Source: Acidobacteriota bacterium
GTDB taxonomy: Bacteria > Acidobacteriota > Vicinamibacteria > Vicinamibacterales > UBA2999
NCBI GenBank assembly: GCA_031364805.1
Contig: JANLWW010000060.1
Location: 49,867 to 113,866, forward strand
Length of the DNA: 64,000 nucleotides
Direction of reading: 5' to 3'
The translations under genes were made by a program, and so were the position numbers. Below the pieces are notes generated by a model, which worked only from the letters and a program-made list of their open reading frames with translations, was not told the origin of the DNA and ran no database searches. Shown here one piece after another: positions 27,443 through 35,174 of the stretch. Position 1 is the first letter of the stretch; each line of letters starts with the position of its first letter.

Positions 27443-27772
27443 ATGAGCATGTGTGGAGGACCGACGGGTCCAGCAAATGAACCGGCCACCAATAAGTCGG
27501 GCCGCAAGGTTTTTTGCGTGAAGTTCCAGAAGGACCTTCCTGGCCTCGACGCGGCGCCCTGGCCGGGTGAAATTGGCCAGCGCGTTTACGAGAACGTCTC
27601 AGTCCAGGCGTGGAAGCTCTGGGAAGAACGCCAGAAAATGATCCTCAACGAATACCGCCTGATGCCCTGGCAGAAAGAGGGCCAGGAGGTCATTCGCAAG
27701 CAGATGGAAGAATTCTTCTTTGGGGAAGGGTCGGCGCTGCCGCCGGACTTCGTGCCCCAGCAATCGAAGTAA
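27443..27772 (+). CDS. yggX: oxidative-damage protection protein (Fe2+-trafficking, YggX family)
   Basis: VFCVKFQKDLPGLDAAPWPGEIGQRVYENVS..AW..W...Q.MILNEYRL matches the YggX pattern. Confidence 0.8.
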   Translation: MSMCGGPTGPANEPATNKSGRKVFCVKFQKDLPGLDAAPWPGEIGQRVYENVSVQAWKLWEERQKMILNEYRLMPWQKEGQEVIRKQMEEFFFGEGSALPPDFVPQQSK

Positions 27773-27781
27773 GCCACCGAT

Positions 27782-27811
27782 TGGCTGCAGCCCCAGGAGT
27801 CGGTGCAGCCA
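27782..27811. terminator. hairpin between convergent yggX and ATP-grasp genes
   Basis: TGGCTGCA (27782-89) and TGCAGCCA (27804-11), 8-bp stem with 14-nt loop. Confidence 0.4.
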
Positions 27812-27831
27812 CCGATCAGACGCCGACAGAT

Positions 27832-29121
27832 TTATCGGTTGACGACGTCCAGCCAGGGGTCGATGGTCAGGCGCAGGCAGGCATGCGCGTTGCGCACGGC
27901 CTGCTCTGCGCCGTCGGGTGTCGGCGCATGCGCGAAGATGAACCCGAGATAGCTTGACCCCTCAGGCAACGCCAGCAAGTGCTGGTCCGCCTTCGCCGTG
28001 ATCAGTACCTCGTCCACACCCGCCACCGCCTTCGCTTCGTCCACGCCAGCCGCGCCGCGAAACAATCCGCTGCGCGGAATCGGGATCATCATCACAGCGG
28101 ACGCTTCGCTCTCGCGGAGCCACTCGCCGACCGGCTCGCCGACTGCGTGGCGTAGCAGCAACTGTTCGAGGCCAATTGACGGCTCACCCGGTTTGACGAA
28201 TCGCAAGGCTCTTGCACAGAGGCCGCCGATCGGCCGCGCCGCAACTTCCAACACGTAAACGCCCCGGCTGTTGACCCGGCACTCGGCGTGCAGGGGCCCA
28301 TGATGCAGGCCGAGCGCCTTGGCGGCGCGCTCGACGACATCCTTGATCTGCCGCTCGGTGCCGACATTGACTCGCGACGGCGTCACGTAGATGGATTCTT
28401 CGAAGAACGGACCCTCCAGTGGATCCGGCTTGTCGAAGATGGCCAGCGTGTGGAACACGCCGTGTTCGAGAATACCCTCAAGCGCATACTCCGCACCGGG
28501 GATATAAGACTCGATCTGGATGACGTCCGACCCGGGATCGCGCAGCTCCTTGATGTCGTTCGACGCGAGCAGCCTCTGCACCCGGCCAAACGCCGTCACA
28601 AAGCTCAACGCATCGTCAGCGCGAATGACACCGCGGCTCGCGGAAAGCACGGTTGGTTTGACAACGGCCGGGAACGTCACCTTCGATAACAGCGTCGAGG
28701 GATCAATCGTCGTCGGCACCGCGAAATAGTCAGGCACCAGCAGTCCTGCGGTCTTCAGGCGTTCGCGCGAGAGGCGCTTGTCGCGGGCGATTCCAGCCGC
28801 CTCCGGCGAATGTCCGGGCAATCCGAGCTGCCGCGTAATGTCTGCGGCCATCACGCCTGGCCGGTCGCCGACGACCAGCACGCCCGACACGGGGCGCGCG
28901 TCCAGCGCCTTCAGCACCGCATCAACCGAGCGCCGCTCCTCGTGAAAGCGGACCGGAATCGCGCCGTCGCGCCAGGGGTCGGCCAGCTGATCGCAGCGGT
29001 CGGTCGCGTACACGACCTCGATGCCGAGGCTCGCGGCCGCTTCCGCGAACATGCGGGTCTGGTAGCCGGTGGTCGTGGCGAGCAGGAGTACTCGCCGGGT
29101 TTGCCCGGAGCGAGGCGTCAC
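27832..29121 (-). CDS. ATP-grasp domain protein (carboxylate-amine ligase-like)
   Basis: PreATP-grasp Rossmann-like N-domain followed by ATP-grasp pattern FPAVVKP....SRGV...; GTG start at 29121 preceded by GGGAGA. Confidence 0.8.
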   Translation of the reverse strand: MTPRSGQTRRVLLLATTTGYQTRMFAEAAASLGIEVVYATDRCDQLADPWRDGAIPVRFHEERRSVDAVLKALDARPVSGVLVVGDRPGVMAADITRQLGLPGHSPEAAGIARDKRLSRERLKTAGLLVPDYFAVPTTIDPSTLLSKVTFPAVVKPTVLSASRGVIRADDALSFVTAFGRVQRLLASNDIKELRDPGSDVIQIESYIPGAEYALEGILEHGVFHTLAIFDKPDPLEGPFFEESIYVTPSRVNVGTERQIKDVVERAAKALGLHHGPLHAECRVNSRGVYVLEVAARPIGGLCARALRFVKPGEPSIGLEQLLLRHAVGEPVGEWLRESEASAVMMIPIPRSGLFRGAAGVDEAKAVAGVDEVLITAKADQHLLALPEGSSYLGFIFAHAPTPDGAEQAVRNAHACLRLTIDPWLDVVNR

Positions 29122-29203
29122 GCGAGTCTCCCGAGCGGGATATCGAGTCGAAGGGCGTGGCCTGAGCGAGGCATTACTCGAGTCGCCCGACCGAGTCGAA
29201 GGG

Positions 29204-30574
29204 TCATAGCAGAGCCAACTGCTCTGCGGTTGGTTCCGCTCAACAGTACCAGGGCTCGTTCATGTAAGGGATCGACGTGCGTGGATCCAGTGATGTGGTG
29301 ATCTCGCGATCTCGTGGTTTGGCCAGATTGCGAATCGCGTCAAAGGTCTCGTGGCGTGGTGCACTGATGTGGGCACCAGCGATAGCCATGGCGCTGGCTT
29401 GCAGTTCATCAACGCGGGAATCGGGATGTCGCCACGGAAACGTCAGCGAGGTGCGATCGAAGGGGCCGACCAGCGCCTGGATGTCTGGCAACTCAAGCAG
29501 TCGCGATTGCCAGGTCACCAGCAACCGAATGCCCCACTGCACAGGGGCCACATTGGCGACCAGGCCCAGCTCGGCGACGACGTCAAGCAAATCGCGGTAG
29601 CTCTCGACTGTCGTCCACGGCGTGAAGGCGACGAATGTCGGCACCAGCGTCAGCCCGGCGTCGCGACACAACCTGGCGGCCGCATAGAAATCGGCGCGCG
29701 TGTGTCCCTTCTCGAGTTTTGCCAACACCTCGTCGTCCACCGATTCGACCGCGCTGGTCACGAACAGGCAACCGGTGCTGGCCAGTAGTGGCAGCAGTTC
29801 ACGCTGCTGAAGCAGGTGTTCGACCTTGATGATGGCGTCGTAGGTCAACGCGGGGAACTCGGCATGCAGCGCTTCGATCAGTTTGCGCGCGTGCGTGGGA
29901 CCATTCAGGAAGTCCGGATCACCAAAGGTGATGTGGGTCGCACCCAGCGCGACCTGCGCGCGAACGTCTGCAAGCACCACAGCAACCGGGATCACGCGGA
30001 ACTGACCGTCGTAGACCGGAACGATCGGGCAATGCCGGCAACGATGCTTGCAGCCGCGCGTCGCCTCGGTGGCGCCGACTATCTTTTGAGAACCATCGGG
30101 CATCTGCAGGCTGGCGTACCGATCAAGGGCCGGTAGTCCAGTCCGGTCCGGTGGAATGAAGGCCAAGCGGGCCAAAGGTGCCAGATGTGCCTGGGGTGCC
30201 AAGGTGCCGGTGCTCAGCGCGCTGGCTGCGTTCACCATGTCCTGTTCGCACTCGGGACCGAGCACGATCGAGACGCCGTTCTCGCGCAGCAGTGCGTCGT
30301 TCAGGGGCGCGTACAAGCCGTAGGCGGCGATCGTGATCGCCGGATTGGCGGCTCGCAGGCGCTGCACGACGGGAATCGCCAGGCGCGTCGCCGTGTGCAT
30401 GGGCAGGTAGATCGCGGCCAACTGCGTGGCGGCGACCACGTCGGCGGATAGTTTTTCGCGCGACAAGTCGACGCACGTCACGTCGAACCCGGCCCGCTTC
30501 AACCACGCCGCCGGCGAAGCCAGGCCGAAGGGCTGGCGGCCAAGGTCGTAGGTACTCAACAGAACGACGCGCAC
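29204..30574 (-). CDS. B12-binding radical SAM protein, probable selenoprotein with C-terminal C-U-A-E-P tail (UGA at 29242-29240 recoded)
   Basis: B12-binding N-domain; CKHRCRHC (CxxxCxxC). The in-frame TGA is followed by GCG GAA CCA... up to TGA at 29206-29204, and a SECIS-like hairpin lies 12 nt after the UGA. The core CDS 29240..30574 is certain; the extension is inferred. Confidence 0.7.
29209..29227 (-). promoter_or_regulatory. candidate bacterial SECIS hairpin
   Basis: GCAGAGC-AGUUG-GCUCUGC, perfect 7-bp stem with 5-nt loop containing G and U; the stem starts 12 nt after the UGA. Confidence 0.6.
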
Positions 30575-30604
30575 AGCTGCGATCTTACTCTGTGCGGTTC
30601 CGAG

Positions 30605-32104
30605 CTACTTCGGCGTCTGGCCATGCTGCGGCAGCAGCTTGCGAATTGACGGCACCAGCGCGAGCAGGATGAGGCCGGCGACGATGGCAAACGCCGCGAC
30701 GGTGCCGAACAAATCCGGAAGCGCGAACGATTCGTAGAGGCCAGAGACACGACCGCCGATGAAATTGCCCACCGACGTGGCCAGGAACCAGACGCCCATC
30801 ATGAGGCCGGCAATGCGCGCCGGTGCCAGGGTGGTCATGGCGCTCAGGCCCACCGGGCTCAATGCCAGCTCGCCAATCGTGTGGAGCAGATACGTGGCTG
30901 TCAGCCACATCGGGCTGACCAGGGCGCCCTGCTCTGCCATGCGGGCGGGGATCACGAGGATCAGGAAGCCGGCGCCGACGAAGATCAAGCCAAACGCGAA
31001 CTTGGTCGGGCTGGTCGGTTCCTTCCCGGTCGATGCGAGCTTGATCCACAACCAGGCGATGATCGGCGCAAACGCGAAGATGAATAACGAGTTCATCGAC
31101 TGGAACCAACTGCTGGGATAGGCCATGCCGGCCACTTCATTGCGCGTGCTGCGGTCGGCAAACAGGTTGAGCGTGGATCCCGCCTGCTCGAACACCGACC
31201 AGAACAGCGACGCGGCGAGAAACAGGACACCGATGACGTAGAGGCGCTTCTTCTCGTCGGGCGTCCACCCGCCAGAGAACATCAGCCAACCGAAGAAGCC
31301 GACCACCACCAGCAACAGGAACACGCCCGCGGCATCGGAGACCTGCGTGGCCGTCACCTGGATGACGCCAAGGTAGGCGGCCAGGCCGGCCACGATGACC
31401 AGCGCCGCGGCACCGCCGACCCAGGTCTGCACCTGGCGCTTCCACTGGGCTGCAATCGCCGGTGTTGGAGCGGGAGCAGGGGCGAGGCCGGCATCACCCA
31501 GGTTGGCACTGCCCATTACATACTGGATCACACCAATCAGCATGCCGACGCCGGCGGCGGCGAATCCCAGGTGCCAGTTCACTTGCTGGCCGAGGTACCC
31601 GCACACCAGCGGCGCCAGGAATGCGCCGAGGTTGATCCCCATGTAGAAGATCGAGAAGCCGGCATCGCGGCGAATATCGGTCGCTCCGTATAGCTTGCCG
31701 ACGATCACGCTGACATTGCCCTTGAGCAGGCCGGTGCCAATCACGATCAGGAACAAGCCGAAGTAAAACATCGCCAGCGACGGCACCGCCATGCTGAAGT
31801 GCCCGGCGGCGATGATGATGCCACCATAGAGCACCGCGCGCCGCGGGCCAATTAGCCGGTCGGCAATCCAGCCACCCGGCAGCGTCGCCAGGTAGACCAT
31901 CGAGGTATAGAGGCCGTAGATGGCACCGCCCTGGGCGGCATCAAAGCCCAATCCGCCCGCCGACAGCGGCGCGGTCATGTACAGCAGCAGCAGCGCGCGC
32001 ATGCCGTAATAGCTGAACCGTTCCCACATCTCTGTGAAGAACAACGTTGACAGACCACGGGGGTGGCCGAAGAACGCGCGATCCTGAGCTGCAGGTGTGG
32101 CCAT
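30605..32104 (-). CDS. POT/PTR2 family di/tripeptide:proton symporter
   Basis: FGHPRGLSTLFFTEMWERFSYYGMRALLLLYM signature; about 14 TM helices. Confidence 0.85.
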   Translation of the reverse strand: MATPAAQDRAFFGHPRGLSTLFFTEMWERFSYYGMRALLLLYMTAPLSAGGLGFDAAQGGAIYGLYTSMVYLATLPGGWIADRLIGPRRAVLYGGIIIAAGHFSMAVPSLAMFYFGLFLIVIGTGLLKGNVSVIVGKLYGATDIRRDAGFSIFYMGINLGAFLAPLVCGYLGQQVNWHLGFAAAGVGMLIGVIQYVMGSANLGDAGLAPAPAPTPAIAAQWKRQVQTWVGGAAALVIVAGLAAYLGVIQVTATQVSDAAGVFLLLVVVGFFGWLMFSGGWTPDEKKRLYVIGVLFLAASLFWSVFEQAGSTLNLFADRSTRNEVAGMAYPSSWFQSMNSLFIFAFAPIIAWLWIKLASTGKEPTSPTKFAFGLIFVGAGFLILVIPARMAEQGALVSPMWLTATYLLHTIGELALSPVGLSAMTTLAPARIAGLMMGVWFLATSVGNFIGGRVSGLYESFALPDLFGTVAAFAIVAGLILLALVPSIRKLLPQHGQTPK

Positions 32105-32150
32105 ATGCGAAACGTATTCTACCCTCGCATTCTGCCGGCCGGACCCGGTA

Positions 32151-34289
32151 TCAAAACCGCTTACGGCTCTCGAGGTTGGCCTCGATGTCGGCCTTCGTCC
32201 GCCACATCGGCCGCATCTGCTTGCGCGAGGCCAGCGGCAGCTGGTCGTCGATGTGCTTGGAGCCCTTCTTCGACCAGTTGCCGTAGTTGAGCAGCACTTC
32301 GGCGCGCTGCGGCACCGAGTACTCGATCACCGCGTAGAACGTGTCGCCCTGTACCGCCTCGACCTTGCCCTCCTTGAACGGGCTGACGCCGATGGTGCGG
32401 ATGGCGCCGAGCTGCGACGGCGCGCCGTTGCCGGGTAGGTCGGTGTTGCCGCGGCGAAAGCGCATCACGTCGCCCCACTTCACCGACAGCGACCCGTATT
32501 CCTTCTCGACCTCACCGGCCACCTGGTCGAGCGCCGCCATCGCCCGGGACGGGTCCTTGAAGCCGCGCGGAGTGTCCAACGGACGCGCGTCGTCGGTGGG
32601 CACCTTGAAGCCGCCGATGTCACCGAACGCCGGTCCGGCGGCCGTCATGAACTTGTAGAAGAGCAGCATGCCGTCGCTGTCCACTTCGGCTTGACGGTCC
32701 CACTTGGCCAGCACGTCGGCGGCGCGCCTGGCACGTGCGGTGCCGCGGGCCTTGGCAGTGGCTACGAGGTCGTCCACGAACTGGTCCGCCGTCTCGACGC
32801 GGGTCGAGAGCTTCCACGACTTGATGTTCTCGAAGGTCATCTTCTCGGGCGCCGTGCTGAGAATACGGATGCCGCGCTGGGCGCGCTGCGTGATGCCCTG
32901 CGGCGCAGCGAAACCGGCCGCGAACTTCGTGGCATCGAGCGTGGCCGGATACGTGGACGTCCACGGCATGTCGTTCGAGTTCTGCACCCAGCCCTGCGGC
33001 GGGTCGATGACTTTCGGAATCTGGTCGTAGGGCACGATTTCGCGGCCGATCAGATCCGACTTGTCGCCGGGCACGACGCCCTGCCAGAAGCGGTAGTCGC
33101 CGGTGGCGTGCTTCCACAGCGTCGCGTTGTAGACGTAGGCGATGTGGCCGTCGCGGTCGGCGTAGGCCGTGTGAAAGAGCGGGAGCTGCTGCATGCGCAT
33201 CGCCGCCTCCCACTCCGTGAAGTTCTTCGCCAGGCCCATTCGCCAGAACTGTTCGAACATCTTCGGGCGGTCCAGGGCGGCCACGCGCATCGCGATCGGC
33301 GCGCCGCCACGTTCCGCGACGACCGGCCCGTGCTCGCTGCGCCGCACGGTCAGCGTCTCTTCCCTGGTCGTGCCATCGGCCTGCCGCACCTTGATGGTCT
33401 CGCTATGGGTGTCAAATTGCTTGACCTGGCCGTCGAGCAGGTAGCCGCCGTCCTTCAGGACCAGCCGGTAGAGGTCTGATTGCGAGGGGTTGTTGGTGGT
33501 CTGCGTCCAGCCCACATACTCGGTAAAGCACTGTCGCAGCACCGGGAAGCCGACCCATACCGCGCCGTAGGAGGTGACGCCGGGAGCGGTCAGCTGCACC
33601 TCGAAGTAGGTGTGGATGTCGCCCCACTGCAGGTGCGAGTTGCTCATCAGCAGCGCCTTACCGGTAGCCGAGCGGGCCGGAGCGATGGCCCATTCGTTCG
33701 AGCCGTGCACGTCCTGTTCCCAGCGCGCCAGCCGGCTTTCGAGCCGGCGCGGGCTCACGACCCAGTCGTAGTGGATGACGCGCAGGCCATGCGCGTAAAC
33801 GTCTTCGACCGTGATCGGCAGCACGCCCTTGGCCTCGGCGCTGATCTCGGCTTGGTGCTCGTCGGCCCACGCGTTCAGGCCCCTGGCAAAGGCGGCGATC
33901 AGCGGCGCGAATTCCTGGCTCTGCCCCGCCGCCCACTGTTTCGCCGTCGCCGGCAGGCCGTTGGTGCGCACCCAGCGGTCGGAATCGAGGTACTGCTCGC
34001 CGTAGAACTCCGCGCCGCGGCCTCGCGCCTGGGCGTAGAGGCGAACCAGCAGTTCGCTGTGGGCCTCCATTTGGGCGTAGCCGTACGCCTGGAACAGGCT
34101 CGGATGGTCGGGCGCGAAGATATGCGGGACGCCGTAAGTGTCCCAGAGGATCTCCGTGCCGGTGGCCGCGGCCTTCTGCGCTTCCAGCGCCGGAGCCGGA
34201 TTGCAGGCGCCCAGCACCAGGGAGGCAACGACGACGGCCGACAAGCACGACGAGCGAACGAGACGGGCCGAGAACGATAAACGGGTCAT
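32151..34289 (-). CDS. penicillin acylase family Ntn-hydrolase (possible acyl-homoserine-lactone acylase)
   Basis: Signal peptide; HGSNEWAIAP nucleophile-Ser junction; family length about 710 aa. Confidence 0.8.
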   Translation of the reverse strand: MTRLSFSARLVRSSCLSAVVVASLVLGACNPAPALEAQKAAATGTEILWDTYGVPHIFAPDHPSLFQAYGYAQMEAHSELLVRLYAQARGRGAEFYGEQYLDSDRWVRTNGLPATAKQWAAGQSQEFAPLIAAFARGLNAWADEHQAEISAEAKGVLPITVEDVYAHGLRVIHYDWVVSPRRLESRLARWEQDVHGSNEWAIAPARSATGKALLMSNSHLQWGDIHTYFEVQLTAPGVTSYGAVWVGFPVLRQCFTEYVGWTQTTNNPSQSDLYRLVLKDGGYLLDGQVKQFDTHSETIKVRQADGTTREETLTVRRSEHGPVVAERGGAPIAMRVAALDRPKMFEQFWRMGLAKNFTEWEAAMRMQQLPLFHTAYADRDGHIAYVYNATLWKHATGDYRFWQGVVPGDKSDLIGREIVPYDQIPKVIDPPQGWVQNSNDMPWTSTYPATLDATKFAAGFAAPQGITQRAQRGIRILSTAPEKMTFENIKSWKLSTRVETADQFVDDLVATAKARGTARARRAADVLAKWDRQAEVDSDGMLLFYKFMTAAGPAFGDIGGFKVPTDDARPLDTPRGFKDPSRAMAALDQVAGEVEKEYGSLSVKWGDVMRFRRGNTDLPGNGAPSQLGAIRTIGVSPFKEGKVEAVQGDTFYAVIEYSVPQRAEVLLNYGNWSKKGSKHIDDQLPLASRKQMRPMWRTKADIEANLESRKRF

Positions 34290-34392
34290 GGGATCACTCC
34301 GTGGCAGCGGAGTCTAGCAGAACCCCCGCCTGGACTTGGGCCGGTTCCTCGATCGGGCGAGCAACTGCCGTTCAAGGTATTCTGCGTGACGC

Positions 34393-35154
34393 GTGGCCCT
34401 CGACGACTACCGGAAGAAGCGCGACTTTACCAGGTCGCCCGAGCCTGCCGGCGAACCGTCACCGCAGAAGAGCAAGGCCGGTGCGCCACTATTCTTCTGC
34501 GTCCAGAAGCACCTCGCCTCGCACCTGCATTACGACCTCCGGCTCGAGTGGAATGGCGTGCTGCTGTCGTGGGCGGTGCCCAAGGGGCCGTCGATCGACT
34601 CGCGCGACAAGCGGCTGGCCATGCACGTCGAGGACCATCCCATCGAGTACGGCACCTTCGAGGGCGTCATCCCCGAGGGCTATGGTGCCGGCATCGTGAT
34701 GTTGTGGGACGTCGGCACGTGGGAACCTGAGGTCGACGTTGATGCGGCCTTTCACAAGGGCGACCTCAAGTTCCGCCTGAACGGCTACAAGCTCAAGGGC
34801 TCGTGGGTGCTGGTGAAGACCCGCGGTTTCGGGGGCGCACCGAACAGCTGGCTGCTGATCAAACACAAGGACGACTGGTCGGGCCCGATCGACATCGCCG
34901 AGTTCGCGCCGCTGAGCGTCAAGACCCCGAACGCCGACTTTGCCGAAATCCTGCAAGGCAAGACGCCGGACCTGTGGCTGAGCAACGCACCCGCCAAGGG
35001 CGGCGACACGGGTCAGATGTTCAAGAAGATCATCGCGCGCGCGTTGACGATGAAAGGGCCGAAGGTGACCACGAAGGACACGAAGGACACGAAGACCAAA
35101 AAGACCAAGGCTTCAAAACTCAAGGCGACGAAATCGCCGGCTAAGAAGCGCTAG
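34393..35154 (+). CDS. stand-alone LigD-type 3'-phosphoesterase domain protein with Lys-rich tail
   Basis: YRKKRDFTRSPEP, FCVQKHLASHLHYDLRLE, SWAVPKGPS; C-terminal TKDTKDTKTKKTKASKLKATKSPAKKR. Confidence 0.75.
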   Translation: MALDDYRKKRDFTRSPEPAGEPSPQKSKAGAPLFFCVQKHLASHLHYDLRLEWNGVLLSWAVPKGPSIDSRDKRLAMHVEDHPIEYGTFEGVIPEGYGAGIVMLWDVGTWEPEVDVDAAFHKGDLKFRLNGYKLKGSWVLVKTRGFGGAPNSWLLIKHKDDWSGPIDIAEFAPLSVKTPNADFAEILQGKTPDLWLSNAPAKGGDTGQMFKKIIARALTMKGPKVTTKDTKDTKTKKTKASKLKATKSPAKKR

Positions 35155-35174
35155 GCCGTCGGCGATCGCCGGGT

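Noticed and set aside
29118-29207. A 29-codon ORF (MTLRLGRATRVMPRSGHALRLDIPLGRLA) in the rSAM/ATP-grasp spacer. Its TGA overlaps the ATP-grasp GTG, which makes it tempting as a RiPP-type precursor peptide.
   Set aside because: There is no Shine-Dalgarno sequence. Its ATG lies inside the 3' arm and end of the SECIS-like hairpin and overlaps the extended selenoprotein stop. Its Arg/Leu-rich sequence is simply the translation of the CGAGTCGAAGGG direct repeats. It is better explained as non-coding.
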